In this document: one piece after another, positions 31,675 through 45,531 of the stretch
How positions within the stretch are numbered: the stretch's first letter is position 1
How the letters are laid out: every line of letters begins with the position of its first letter
From: the human T2T-CHM13v2.0 reference genome, Homo sapiens
Length of the DNA stretch: 64,000 bases
Reading direction: 5' to 3' (one strand)
Assembly: GCF_009914755.1 (NCBI RefSeq)
Contig: NC_060947.1
Position numbers and translations under genes: made by a program
Notes under the pieces: model-generated
Database searches by the model: none
The model's input: only the letters and a program-made list of their open reading frames with translations
Told to the model about the DNA's origin: nothing

Positions 31675-32671
31675 AAAAGTAAATATGTAATATAGATTTT
31701 GTTTGAAGTGTACTATTTCTTATGTATTGATTATACTGCTGAGTGGCCAAAATATGAATGGATATTAAAAAAGATTAAAGATCATAGACAATAATTTTCC
31801 TCATATGGTCTATAAACAAATCTCATCCAAGGTTATTGCTATTCAGAATGATTTGCTTTGGCAAAACAAATATGCACAAAGCATTCTGTCCTCAACACAA
31901 CAAGTATTTACCTAAAATTACTGATGTATAGCATCCACATGCAGAAACCATTTAATTTAATCAATGCTCTTGACACATGGTTTAGGATGTTGTCCTTAAT
32001 ATAATATGATTTTTTTTCCTAACTGAAATTACCTACCTGAAAAGAAATAACAAACATTTTATTTTTATTTCTTATTTTCTTTTATTAGTGTGTTAGTCAA
32101 TTAGGATTTTTTGAAAAGGAGGAGAAGTACGATTAGGCATTAAGGAAAAGCAGTATAGAAAGGTAAATAATGAGCCATATATATAATGAATATTAGCAAT
32201 TTTATCACAGAAATACTTTAGCCACTTTGTTTTATTATTCACAGAAAAGCAAGTCTTCATGCTGTAGAAACACAACACACAGAGTCATATATGAAGATTT
32301 AGGGCTTATTTACAAATATGAATCTCTCTCTGTCTGTCTCTTTTTGCATTATAGCTAATTTATCACAATGGAATCCACACCTTAATTCCCATCTGTCTAC
32401 TAAGCTGTTACTGACTCATGAAAATGACTGAAACTGACAACACCTTGGGCTCTATCTAAGAGACGGGATCACCACTCAGAGAATCTGGCTGTGCTCATGG
32501 TCATCTTGGCTTCAGGGGAAACCCTAGGCCTGCTGGAGGTCCTGGGTCACTGTCTATTGTGACTTCCTCCCTGATAAGGAAACCTGACTGGAAGACTGTG
32601 ATGCTTTACGTTGGGGCCACTGGCAATTTGCCACAAGCAGGGACTCCCCAGTTGGGCTCCCACTTGGTGTA

Positions 32672-32675
<4 letters not shown>

Positions 32676-32707
<32 letters not shown>
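32676..32707. repeat. (GT)n microsatellite
   Basis: Direct reading. Confidence 0.9.
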
Positions 32708-32708
<1 letters not shown>

Positions 32709-33474
32709 TTATTCTTCTAATGATGTTTGTTAGAGAAGGTACAACCTTGTTGTATAGATGGAAGGTGGTGAAAAAGGCACAAATTGGCAATTCAGGGCTG
32801 ATTTTCTGAGACAGAATTCGTAGATGTGCCGGTCTAAATTTCAATGGTGAAAGTCTTGCTTTAATTGTGACTGTGGTTTCTTAGGAAGAGAAGTTTGGAC
32901 AAAGTGTAAGGAGCCGGTGGTTTGTTTCTCTTGGGGCTGAGGCCAACAGGTAGAGGATGGAACAGCACTTAGGATAGAACATCTTGGTCTGTATTCAGGA
33001 TGGCTTCTTTGCTCACGTGCCTTGCTGACTGCCTGGACGGAGTCAACTGAAACCAGGGTTCAGCTGGGATGGTTGACCAGATACAAACATGTGGCTTCAC
33101 CATGGGGCTGGGATTTCTCAGTGAATGAAGGCTGGGTGACTGCATGCCAAGAGAAAGCACCCCAAAAACATGTGGCCCAAGGAAGTAAAGTTGCATTTGT
33201 AAGATTTAAAACATTTTGTAAATCTATGGTAGTTTATCTCTATTGCTTATTCAAATGGATGACTCCTTAATAATAGTTTATTTATCGAAGCTTCTCCTTT
33301 CTGATTTCTTACATCTGCCTCTTGCTTTGCTGGATTTTATTAAGTGAATTTTACTATAAATAAAAACAGGGACTCACTATGGCCACAAAGCATCATTTCT
33401 GACCTACTCAACTGGTCCAGGCAGCCACAGTTCATTCCTGATTCAAGGTGAAAAAATTTAAGCCCTCAACTTTT

Positions 33475-33718
33475 AAATAATTGATTAATTAATTTTTAAT
33501 CGACAAAAATTATGTATTTATGTTGTACAACATGATGTTTTGAAATATGTATCCATTGCAGAATGGCTAAATAAGCTAATTAACATATGCATCACCTCAC
33601 ATACTTTTTTTTTGTGGTGAGAACACTTCAAATCTACTGTTTTTAGTGATTTTCAAGTACTCTCTACACTGTTATTAACTATAGTCACCATGATATACAA
33701 GAGATCTCTTGAAATTAT
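33475..33718 (-). mobile_element. L1MA6-8-type 3' end, probably within an old MLT1 relic (~32990-33780)
   Basis: 'ttaacatatgcatcacctcacatac...gtggtgagaacacttcaaatctact'. Confidence 0.8.
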
Positions 33719-33853
33719 CTTTTAATTTCTGATGTGATGAATGTCAAAGGATTTGCAGCCCCTTTGTAAAACTGCTGCATATAGACACACTCACTGGATT
33801 GCCTGACAATGGTTTAATACCACAGCAAATAAAGGAGAACATCAGCATTGCTG

Positions 33854-33855
<2 letters not shown>

Positions 33856-33920
<65 letters not shown>
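33856..33920. repeat. (AT)~24 followed by a T run
   Basis: Direct reading. Confidence 0.95.
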
Positions 33921-34992
33921 CAGAATTCACAGAACTGCTCATGAACTTCAAGATCTCAACAGAGAGAATTGTGCAGGTATGACTGACTGCCAGATTAAAG
34001 GTCTGAGTGATCACTCTAGGATAGTCCACATAAGATTTGCTGTTATCTAGTCCCTCAGAATGCCAAGTATTTTGGAGATTCTGCCTAAGAAGGCAGATGA
34101 CAAATAAAGACTGTGAACTGTGAAATGTTTGTTTTCAAGAAGAAAGAAAATGAGAACTTTCACTGGCTCACTCATAACAAATGGCCATTGTTAGCACTGA
34201 GGATACATAGTTTGCAAAAATACATCTGTGGACATCATCTCCAAAGATTGTACTTTTTTTGAAATATGTGTATCTCTAAGACAACGTGGCGATAAATAAG
34301 AGGCTTAAGGTTCTAAGCTTTCAGAATGAACGTGTTACATTTATATTGCAATACCCTGATGTAGATTTCTAGATGCTGAAAGTTTTTAGTTGTAGCTATG
34401 GGTGAATAGGGCATTCTGTACTTTAGCTGTGTTTCTGGAGCTGACTTTATATTTAAATTGGGTTTCCATACAGCACTGTTTTTATTTTATTTCTTCTGCA
34501 AGAAAATCAATTGTGAAAGTAATGGAAAGCTGTAAGTATTTACTTCCAAGCTGAAATGACATCAACACTATGATGACTTATCTGTAGTAAACTATTTTTT
34601 CTGACATATTTAAATTCTGCAGACATTTTCCATGAAAATACATTTTTCTTAAGGAAGATACTATTTGGGGTAAAAAGAATCATCAAAATTTCTCTGAGTT
34701 GTTATATAAGAATTGAAATCAAAACCACTTTTACATATAGGATATGTTACCTTTTTTGCAAGTGAAATATAAAGATTACTTAGAATAACTTGGCTACTAT
34801 TTACTGGTTATAGAATAATATATTGAACTTTGAGCTCTGTATTTGTTTCTGTAAACACACACTCATTTATATATATATATATATATATATACATGTTTGT
34901 AAAAACACAGACACTCTTATATAGAAATATATGTGTGTACATATATCTTTATATCTGTCTATATCTATATATAGATAGGTAGATAGATATAA

Positions 34993-35119
34993 AGTCACAG
35001 TATGAGATAGGTGGTCAGCACAAAATACAGGTTATAAAGACCTTGCTGATAAAACAGGTTGCAGTAAAGAAGCCGGCCAAATCCCACCAAAACCAAGATG
35101 GTCAGGAGAGTGACCTCTG
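34993..35119 (+). mobile_element. Internal fragment of a MER41A-like LTR
   Basis: 'aaagaccttgctgataaaacaggttgcagtaaagaagccggccaaa...ccaagatgg...gtgacctctg'. Confidence 0.8.
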
Positions 35120-35699
35120 ATTCCAGAGTTTTGTGTGGCTGGAATAATGACTAGCTTTTTATTTCACTCTGGAGATCAGTTGAGTGTGCCATGCCTTCAG
35201 TCCACTTCAGGGCAGTCTTCCTCAGCCTTCAGACTAGGTTGTAGATGATGAAATACTATCTTGGCACAGGGGATATAGCACCAGGTCTCTCCCAGATGAC
35301 CAATGTCCCTCTTAGCTTCTTGGTGTTTCCAGGTCACCTTGCTTTGTGGTTTCCTGGGCTCCCAATATTGTAATCTTAGCTTTTCAGGGAAATGGAAACC
35401 TCCAATGAGATTTTTGGAGGCTTATTTTGGAGTCTTCCCTGGTAAATCAGTGTAAGACTCTCTTATCTATAGAGTGCGCTCTGTCATGAATCCACTGTGG
35501 CTTGGCGTGTCCACTTTTATAGCTTTTAGGTTTGTTGTTATTAAAGGGGCTATAGAGAAAGTATGGGAGAAAATTACATTGCTTTTTTTCTTTCCTTTTT
35601 CTTTAGAATGTTTCTCAATCTTGGGTGTTATATTTATGGCAGCAATGGGGGGGAGTATAAATTTTAATTCATATGTAAATACTAAACTGCAAGGCTTCT

Positions 35700-36452
35700 T
35701 TTTAAGAACTTCAATAGCTTTTGGAGTACAAGTGGTTTCTGCTTACCTGGATAAATTGTATAGTGGAGAATCTGAGATCTCAATGCACTCTTCACTGGAG
35801 TAGTGTATTTTGTACCTAGTATGTAGTTTTTTTTGTTTTTTGTTTTCAAGACATAGTCTCGCTCTGTTGCCCAGGCTGGAGTTCAATGGTGCACTTTCGG
35901 CTCTGCCCCAGGGTTCAAACGATTCTTGTACCTCAGCTTCCTGAGTAGCTGGGACTACAGGCACACGCCACCACGCCTGACAACTTTTTATATTTTTAGT
36001 AGAGATGGGGTTTTGCCATGTTGGACAGGCTGGTCTCAAACTCCTGACCTCAGGTGATCTGCCTGCCTTGGCCTTCCAAAGTGCTGGGATTACAGGCCTG
36101 AGCCACCATACCCGGCCCCCACTATGTAGTTTTTTATCCCTCTCTCTCTCTCATCTTTCCCCCTTGAGTCCCTAATGTCCGTTATATCTGTATACCTTTG
36201 TGTACCTATAGCTTAGCTCCCAATTATAAGTGAGAATATATTGTATTTGGTTTTCCATTCCTGAGTTACTTCACTTAGAACAACATCGTCCAGTTCCATC
36301 CAAGTTGCTGCAAAATACATTATTTCATTTTTTATGGCTGAATACTATTCCATGGTGCACAGATCCCACATTTTCTTTATCTACACGTCAGTTGATGGGC
36401 ACTTAGGTTGGTTCCACATCTTTGCAATTGTGAATTGTGCTGCGATAAACAT
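35700..36452 (-). mobile_element. L1PB-type 3' end interrupted by an Alu
   Basis: 'ttggttttccattcctgagttacttcacttagaa', 'ataaattgtatagtggagaatctgaga'. Confidence 0.85.
35827..36117 (-). mobile_element. AluS inside L1PB
   Basis: 'ctcctgacctcaggtgatctgcc'; TSD 'tatgtagtttttt'. Confidence 0.9.
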
Positions 36453-37721
36453 AAAAACATAAACGCTTCTTTTTCTAATTTTATTTTTCTAACACCAGCA
36501 AACTACAAATAGGACATGAAGTTCCATTGATTTAGTCTCAATGGCACTGTAATAAATATATTCTGAGGGAGGTCACTAAGACTATACCTCAAAGAACTCA
36601 CAGCTCAAAAAAATGTTTCCTGGTATGAATTACACTTTTAAATTATATAGCAAGGTCTATTTCTAATCTTTAATAAGATGTTTGTGTATGTGTTCCCTTT
36701 GACCATTTAATATTTGTCTGAAATTTGTCCTCTAGAAAGGTCCACAATAAAATATCATGATTATGTTATTCTTTGAGTTTTTTGTTTCTTTAGAGTGAAC
36801 AATATTTTCCTGTTGTCTTTACACCCAAGAGAGCTAAAGATGCAAAATTTTGAGATGCGTGCAAAATGCAAAAACTTTGGGTGCTGGTTGCAAAAATGTT
36901 TGGTTCTCACTCCATTCCTTGGATTTTGCTGTATTCACTTTTAGGTGGCAATGGATATTACCAAAGAACAAAACTGAAGACAGTCTAAAAACACTAATGT
37001 ATACAAATCAGCCTAACTTTTTGCCAAGGATATTTATACCCTAGTTTATTTTTTTTTCTTTAATTATAGCTGATTAAGTATTCGTGACACAACTTGAGTC
37101 TTTTCAGAGATGGATTTCAGCTGTTATGTTATTTTGGACACATTTGTCTGAATTTCATTGGTAATGTTTGATTGGTGGCATGGTTCTGTTTTCTGGACAC
37201 TAATCATTTTTTATGCCTTTAAATTGTATTGCACTTATTTTTGCTACATCTATGCTTCTGGTTGTTCTTCATACTTTCCCTACAGATTTTATTCTTTCTA
37301 CCTGTTCTTTACCATCCTCATTTCTATGATTGGTGTTCTTTCTTCTTTACTAGGTTTTGTTAGCTTATGATCTACATTCTGCTGTTTTCTCATCGTTGTT
37401 TTTCTCAGTTATTGTATTTTGATGTTATTTTCTTCTTTTATAGATGCTGACTGCTTTTGTGAACCTTTTAGACTGCTTTAAAAAGTCATGCATACAATTT
37501 ATTGTTTTTAAGAAACTTTAGCTCTTTTTCTGTATAAATCAAGATCCTTATCGTAAAGAAGACAAGGAGTTACACCCGTACACTTTCTTTAGACTTTAGG
37601 ATATTAAGTCCTCTTTGTTGTTTATAATTTCTCTCTGCCTCTTTTCCTTGTGGTTTATTACTACTATAATTACTCTGAGATTCCTGGAATTATCCAATAT
37701 GGTCAGAGTTCACAAACCCCT

Positions 37722-38055
37722 TGATACGGCTTGGCTGTGTCCCACCCACATCTCATCTTGAACTGTGGCTCCCATAATCCCTACATGTCATGGGAGGGAC
37801 CCAGTGGGAGGTAATTGAATCACGGGGTGGTTACCTCCATGCTGTTCTCATGATAGTGAGTTCTCACCAGATCTGATGGTTTTATAAGGGACTTTTTCTG
37901 CACTTTTCCTTGCTGCCACCACGTGAAGAAGGATGTATTTGCTTCTTCTTCTGTTTCCTGACATGCTGAACGGTGAGTCAATTAAACCTCTTCCCTTTAT
38001 AAATTACCCAGTCTTGGGTATGTCTTTATTAACAGCATGAGAACAAACTGATAGA
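37722..38055 (+). mobile_element. THE1 (THE1C-like) MaLR solo LTR
   Basis: 5' 'tgatacggcttggctgtgtcccaccc', 'ttataaattacccagtcttgggtatgtctttatt'; 5-bp flanks cccct/tccct. Confidence 0.88.
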
Positions 38056-38249
38056 TCCCTCATTATGAAATTGATGGAAGTTATGATTCAAAGGCCAAAA
38101 TTTAACTGGATATTTTGACAATTTTCTGGTCATGTTGGTGGTCAATATTAGTTCAGTGTGAATTAGGGGTAGAATAGTTCATAGTAAACGAGATCATTTG
38201 CAGGATTGGTCTAGCTTCCACTTAACTGATTGACTTTCACTTTAAAAAA

Positions 38250-38538
38250 ATTTTTATAGAGAGACCTGGTCTCGCTCTGTCACCCAGGCTGAAGTGCAGT
38301 GGCATGATCATAGCTCACTGCAGTCTTGAAATGCTGGGCACAAGTGATCCTCCCGCCTCAGCCTCCTGAGTACCTGGGACTACAGGTGTACCACCATACT
38401 CAGATAATTTTTCATTTTTTATAGAGACTGGGTCTCACTATGTTGCCCAGGCTGATCTTTAATGCCTGGCCTTAAGGGATCCTCCCATCTTGGCATCTCA
38501 AAGTGCTGGAATGACAGGTGGGAGCCACCACACCCACC
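38250..38538 (-). mobile_element. AluJo-like
   Basis: 'gatcatagctcactgcagtcttgaa', 'ctcactatgttgcccagg'. Confidence 0.88.
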
Positions 38539-39959
38539 TGAATTTCACTGTTATGGGAACTATCTGGGTACATTTTCACTCCCAATACTCCAAAGTTTGG
38601 TGCAGTCTACCAACTCAGGTGCAATAATAACGTGAAGTTCCTCTATTTCATTTTCCTGATTCACGATTGTAGTTATAGTGCACAGTTTTATCCCAGGTAA
38701 AAGGCACAGCTTATTAATATCATCCAATCTTAAATAAAATGTGAGTGCTTATACCAAAGTCTTCTTCCAAGTGGGAAGGCCCAAGTGAGAAATTTGACAC
38801 GTTCAGGGTTTTTTCCCTCAAGGATCATAATCAAGTGCTGGAAAAAATATATGATTTGATTACAATACTGGTACATTTTTATGCATGATGCAAGAAAGGA
38901 CACTAACTCAGAGAAAAAGTGTAAGGGGATATTTGTGAAAGAGATTCCATCTGACCTGACTCCATGAGGATGACAAGGCATTAACCAGGGAAGTGGATTG
39001 ATGCTTTATGGCAGAGAGGGAGCGATGTGTTCCTTGGCATGAGAATTTGAGACAGCAGATCTCATTAGCATAGCTGGTGATAACTCGGGGGACCCAGTGT
39101 GAGCCAGGGCATGCCATAAGCGAACACACACAGTGAGCAGAGGCAAAACAGTCACCACAGCCATATGCCTTGCAAAGAGATTCACAATATATCTAGAATA
39201 TTTTAGAGTGATTGAAAATGATAAGGCAAGGGTATGAATTGGAGCATAGATGGAAACAATTTGTGATTTTGCCAAGAGATGTTTCACTTGTGAGACAGGT
39301 GAAGAGGTGTGTTTTTAAGAGGGTTAAGGATTGAGTGAGCCACAAGGAAGTTGAGACAGGAGATGCTTCAACTCAGAAAGATGAGCTGTGAAGGAAAAGA
39401 AGGAGAATGGTCAAATGTAAGATTTATACTAGAAAAAGGTGTATTGTTGATAGCGCATCATTTTGTCTTTTTTAAATTGTGAAAGGCCTGAAAGTAGACA
39501 TGATTTAAGGAAACAAATCTGAGGGAAAATTGGTGAAGTGAGGTCTCTGAGAATTTAGAAAGATGATAGAATCTAGATGACAGAGATTAATTCTGAAATT
39601 AGAGATAAAGGTAATTTAAGAGTAGATACAATGTTAAAAATTAAAATAGAACTGAAAAATGGACTTGGCTATTAGAACTCAAATACTGGTTTTGAAGGAG
39701 TAGTAGAAGTGAAATGTTGACATCCTGCCCTATGTGCAAGGGTCAAACTGTCAGATTAAATTTGTAGATAGAAGGTCATAGGTCATTCTTTTCTAATTTG
39801 ATCAATAGTCTGAAAGCAGTGGTGATGAGAGTTGACAGTTTTAAATCTTAGGATATAATTTATTCAGATATCATCCTATATTTTGAAATACATGAGTGCT
39901 TGAGAAAATAAGAGTAAAAAATTAGAACCAAAACATTACAAGTGAATTGGGTTAAAGAT

Positions 39960-39973
39960 TAGGTAGGTAGATA

Positions 39974-40005
<32 letters not shown>

Positions 40006-40230
40006 GTATAATGGATGGATAGAGAGATAGATAGGATGATAGAGAGACAGACGGTAAATAATAGATGATATATAATAGATAGATAAGTAGGATGATAGAA
40101 AGAAAATAGAAGATATATATATGTATATTTATAGGTGATAGAGATAGATGATAGCTAGATAATGGATAAATGATAGATGCATAGATAGACAATAGATGGA
40201 TGAATAATAAATAGATGATAGAGAGAGACA
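39960..40230. repeat. Degenerate (GATA)n/(GA)n low-complexity tract
   Basis: Direct reading. Confidence 0.85.
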
Positions 40231-40329
40231 TAAAACAAAAATGTTTTTAAAATCTGCAAAAATTGAGAAGACTGAAAGATCTACCATACTTTCTTGATTG
40301 GAAGAATCCAATTCAGAGATTGCCAATTA

Positions 40330-41755
40330 ATATGTCAATTATTGCTGGTTGGAACAGACTGAAAGTATGCACACATTTTTAAATTAATTTACCATATAAT
40401 CCAGTAATTCTTTTTCTTGATAATTACTCAAAAAGAAAAAAGAAAACATAAAGGCACACAAATATTTATGCCAGTACCCCCAAATCAGCTTAAACTGAAA
40501 AGAAGGCAGATGCCCAACAAAATAGATGAATAGATTAAAAATGTAGTATATACCTGCAACCAGATTAGGACTTATCTGTAGAAAAGAACAGAGGCATGAA
40601 AGCCTCAAAACAATATATTGAGCCAAGGAAGATAAACACACACAGGTATATTTTGTATGATTCCACATATTTGACATTCTGGAAAGTGCTATCTAAATTA
40701 TGTTGGCTGAAAACAGATCATTGGTTGCCAGGGGCCCCAGGAATGGATGGTTTGCCTGGAAAAGGGAGTGAAGGAATGTTTTGAAATTATAGAAATGTTC
40801 TGCGTATTTATTGCAGTAAGCATGTGGTTATGCTAATGTATACATCTTTCCACACTCATTAAATGATACATTTTAAATGGTTGCAGTTCACCGTATGTAT
40901 TATGCCTCAGTAAATTAGATGAAAAACATGAATGCCCTAAACATTTTATTATATGGATGCAATAAGCAGACTAAATAAAAATAAAAATCCAACAACATAC
41001 TATTTACAAGAGATGTGTATTAATGATGAGAATCCATTAGGTTCTAAGTGAGTTGACTGGCAAGATACACTCTGTAAACACTAGTAGTAAGAAATCTGAG
41101 GTAGCTATATTAAAATCTGGCAAGATAGACTTCAAAAAACAAAATAGGGAATCCCAAACATAAAATAGGATATTCCCTAATGAGAAAGGAGCCAATGCAT
41201 CAAGAAAGCATGCAAATATGAAACATATATGAACACAATAATAGTGATTCAAAATACATAGAGCACAATTCTAACAGGGCTAGAGTTGAAAACAGGCAAA
41301 TCCAAAATTACAGGATCAGATTGTAGTCCCCCTTTCTCAGTAATTGATATAACAAATATAATGTCAGTATGGGTAGCGATGTCTCAAGTAATCTTATCAA
41401 AAAACTTGCAATAGTTGACATCTATAGAATGTTCATCCCAAATTGTAGAATGCATCTTATTATCAAGTGCACATGAAGCATCCACAAAGATAGATTATAT
41501 TCTGGGCCACAAAATAAATGATGATACATTTTAAAAGTTCAAAACTTTAGCAAATATATTGGTTCATCAATTAAGTTAAACACCAAGAAAAATGAGTATA
41601 TAGAAAATTTTTGAATATTTGACAATTTAAGGAAAATATTTTAAATAGCTCAAGGGTCATAGACAAAAGTGCAAGAAGCTTTCAACATTCAACTTATTAA
41701 AATGTGTGGTATGCAGCTAAAGCAGTACCCTGAGGGATATTTACAGCCTTACAGG
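40330..41755 (+). mobile_element. Ancient L1M fragments (3' end ~40330-40920; ORF2 endonuclease-region relic ~40950-41755)
   Basis: 'ttttgtatgattccacatat', 'tcaagtgcacatgaagcatccacaaagatagattatattctgggccac', 'gcagctaaagcagtac'. Confidence 0.65.
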
Positions 41756-43330
41756 GTTTTTGATTCTTTTACTCTCTCTCTCTCATTAAAACTGTTTTAA
41801 ATAAAAAGATAACATAGTATTTAAACTGGACTTGCAATTTGGACTTATTTATCTTTTCCATATTCACCTCTAGTCTACAAATGCTAAAATCTCAACTGTA
41901 CAGGGAAAATTGAACATAGTTTCTCCTTCTTGTATATTAAAATTTAAAATATGGACGAGTGGTTAAGTTCATTGAAATTTTGATGTAGCACCCTTCTTTT
42001 TCCCAGTCGGTACATGAAAATGCATTTAAAGTTAGACTTTTTAAAAGCAGATAAATAAATAAAGTTAGGCCTTTGAATTCTGTCCCTTGTAATCATCACT
42101 AAACATACCTGAAAGTGAAGCAAAAATAAATGGTTCATTGTAACTACTTGTTACAAGGAGTTGTTTACAGGAAATTTTCATACTTTCATGGAGTTTCACT
42201 AAAAATATATATATTCTTGAATGTATACAGAGCATTCAAGAGTACTTATGGAATGAAGACAGTCATCAAAAATGCAACTTTTAATAGAATGAAAAGGAAA
42301 TAGCATAAAAATGCCCATTTTTGACTTCCCAAGGAAAGAAGATTTGAAAACTATTTGAATTACAATGAGAAGTTATAATTTTTTTTTTAAGTAAGAATAA
42401 GCCCAACAAGCATTTGGTGTGTTTTTAAGAAATTCTGAAAAGGTGGAGGAAGATGTATTGAATGAAGTTTGGGGAGTGAACTCATTTGAATAAAACTTCT
42501 TGTCTCAGGAGTGAGATTTAAAATAGCTGGCTCTTACTGTGCTTTCTCTGATATTGGCAGTTGAGTGAGGTGAGTCTTAAACATTATTTCATTAAAGATT
42601 TTTCATATTCAATGTACTCTATACATTGGGTGAAAACTTGGAATATTTTGAAGGGGTATTAGCAGTGCCATATTCTCCACTGAGTGTTGTTTAAATCCTA
42701 TAGTCTGTCCCCAGAGCTATGGACATAATTATTACAAGATAAGAGTGCTATTTCTATGTATATATGTACACAAGGATGAAAATGTTGAAAGAGTTCTTTG
42801 ATTGTGTGGGAGAGCTGAATGCTAAGGCCTCCTGATCCAAAGCAAAACATAGTTGCTTGTTCCTAATGTCCAACACAAAATCACAGTCTCAGGGATTTTA
42901 AAGTTCCCCTTTGTCAAATCAGTTTAGCCCTGGTCTTGTTTTCAAAGATCGTTTCAATCCATGCATTCACATCCTGTTGTTTGTAGAAGTTTGTTGTGGA
43001 GTTAGCATGCATGTACTCAAATAAGACCTAACATCATTGTACCCTTACCAGAATCAGAGTGACAAAATAGGCTGAAATGTACATTTAGTGGGTAAATGGT
43101 CTATTTCCCATAGAAATTAGCAACTCTTTCTAGGTTTCATGGGGGAGAAATTATCTTGTGGCTTTGAAGCCAATAACCTCATCTAAGACAACGTATTGTT
43201 ACCAGGATAATTTGTCACACATACAACTGGTCACTCTTCACTTACCTCTCGGCAATCTAGTATTTCTATGCCAACTTCATAATCCTTATGGTCTGGGTAG
43301 AGAAATAACAATGAAAGGAAAGTTCATAGT

Positions 43331-43642
43331 GTTTTTTATTTTTTATTTATTTATTTATTTTGAAACAGAGTGTCACTCTTTCACCCATGCTGGAGTACAG
43401 TGGTACGATCATAGCTCACTGCAGCCTTGAACTCCTGGTCCCAAGCGATCCCCCCACTAAGTTTCCCAAGTAGCTCTAACTACAGGCATGTGTGAACATA
43501 CCCAGCTAATTTTTATTTGTTTTCATTTTTGTAGAGATGAGAATCTGGCTATGTTGCCCAGTCTGGTCTTGAGCTCCTGGCCTCAAGCTATCCTCTCGCC
43601 TCAGCCTCCCAAAGGGCTAGGCATGTGAGCGTATAAGGCCCT
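43331..43642 (-). mobile_element. AluJo-like
   Basis: 'gatcatagctcactgcagccttgaactcc', (TTTA)n tail. Confidence 0.88.
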
Positions 43643-43654
43643 GCTAATGGGTAG

Positions 43655-44735
43655 CTGTTTATTATAAAATAGCTTTGATTTACAGAAAAATTGTGAATGT
43701 AGTATAGAGTTGCTATAAATCTCTTCCTTCAGTTTCCCATGTTTTTACTTTACTATAGTACATTAGTCACAATTCATAAACAATACTCATACATGATTAT
43801 TAACTCATCTTTGTATTTTATTAAGATTGCATTTATTTTACCCTAATATCCCTTTTATGTTCCACAATCCCAATCAGCATACCACATGACATTTAGTCTT
43901 TATGTCTCCTTAAGCTGTTCTTGACTGTTACAATTCCTGAAACTTTTCTTGCTTCTGAAAACCTGCTTCGTTTTGTGGAATACTAGTCAGATATTTTCAG
44001 GATGTCCCTACGTTCTTAGGCAATGGATGTTTTATCTCATAATTATGTTACAAGAAAGGGGTCCTGGTCCAGACCCCAAGAGAGGGTTGTTGAATGTCAC
44101 GCACGAAAGAATTCAGGGCGAGTCCACAGTGCAAAGCAAAAGCAAGTTTATTGAGAGTAAAGTGGTGAAAGTACAGCTACTCCATAGACAGAGCAGGGCA
44201 TTCCCGAAGCTAAGAGGAGGAACGCATCCACCCGAGGTACAATACTCATTTATATACAAGATAAAAATAGATCATGGGGAGATGTGCTGTGCTACAGGGT
44301 TTGTGATAAAGGATTAATTTCCTTAATTACTATATTTTGCAAGAATCAATATTATTATCTTTGAAGCAAAAGTAGGAGTGCTTCTGTTCTTAAGATATCA
44401 GGATGTTAGGACACTCCCAATTCTGGGTCTGTTCAGTAAACACTATCAATCTGTTCCCTTAGCCGCAAACATCTAGAGGCTAGGAACACCTAACTTTCTG
44501 TGAGTGCAGCCCAGCAAGTTCCAGCCTCATTTTCCTAGCCCTCACTCAAGATGGAGCCGCTCTGGTTCCAAGGCCTTTGGCAATTAGACTGGGGATACGT
44601 GTTTTGGGGAGGAGTACCACAGAGGTAAAGCATCCTCTTATTGGTTTTGATGTTGACCTTGATCGCCTGGTTTGAGATACTATTTTCCAACTTTCTGCAC
44701 AGTAGAATTGCTTTTTCCCCTTTTGCATTCACTTC
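43655..44735 (-). mobile_element. L1MC/MD-type 3' end interrupted by MER41
   Basis: 'gatttacagaaaaattgtgaatgtagtatagagtt', 'ataccacatgacatttagtc'; resumes after 44582. Confidence 0.65.
44046..44582 (-). mobile_element. MER41C-like ERV1 solo LTR, full length
   Basis: TG...CA termini, 4-bp TSD ATTA, 'ccagaccccaagagagggtt', 'ctcaagatggagccgctctggttc'. Confidence 0.85.
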
Positions 44736-44917
44736 CCTGGAAGCAGGCCACTAAGACCAATGGAACCAATGATGATAAACATTTCTTTTCTCCCTGCACC
44801 TCGCCATTTGAGCCCCTGCATATGCATTTTGCAGAAGGCTGAAGGTAACACGAGGCACACGACTTGTATTTTAGTGGGGAAGAATGTCATATAAACGCAC
44901 CATTGGGATTATATTTA

Positions 44918-45409
<492 letters not shown>

Positions 45410-45531
45410 TCAGCAGAGTAAAAATAAAGCAGAAAGAGAAAAAATGGCCAATACATGTCAGTTTCCTTGTGGCTCAATAGTTGTCATGTACACAAGTAAA
45501 CAAGATTTCCCTGAGTAGAACCTGAGGGGAG

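Noticed and set aside
44485-44512. Possible STAT1 GAS site in the MER41 LTR
   Set aside because: On the LTR strand the position reads CTCACAGAA rather than TTCNNNGAA, so the motif is not intact
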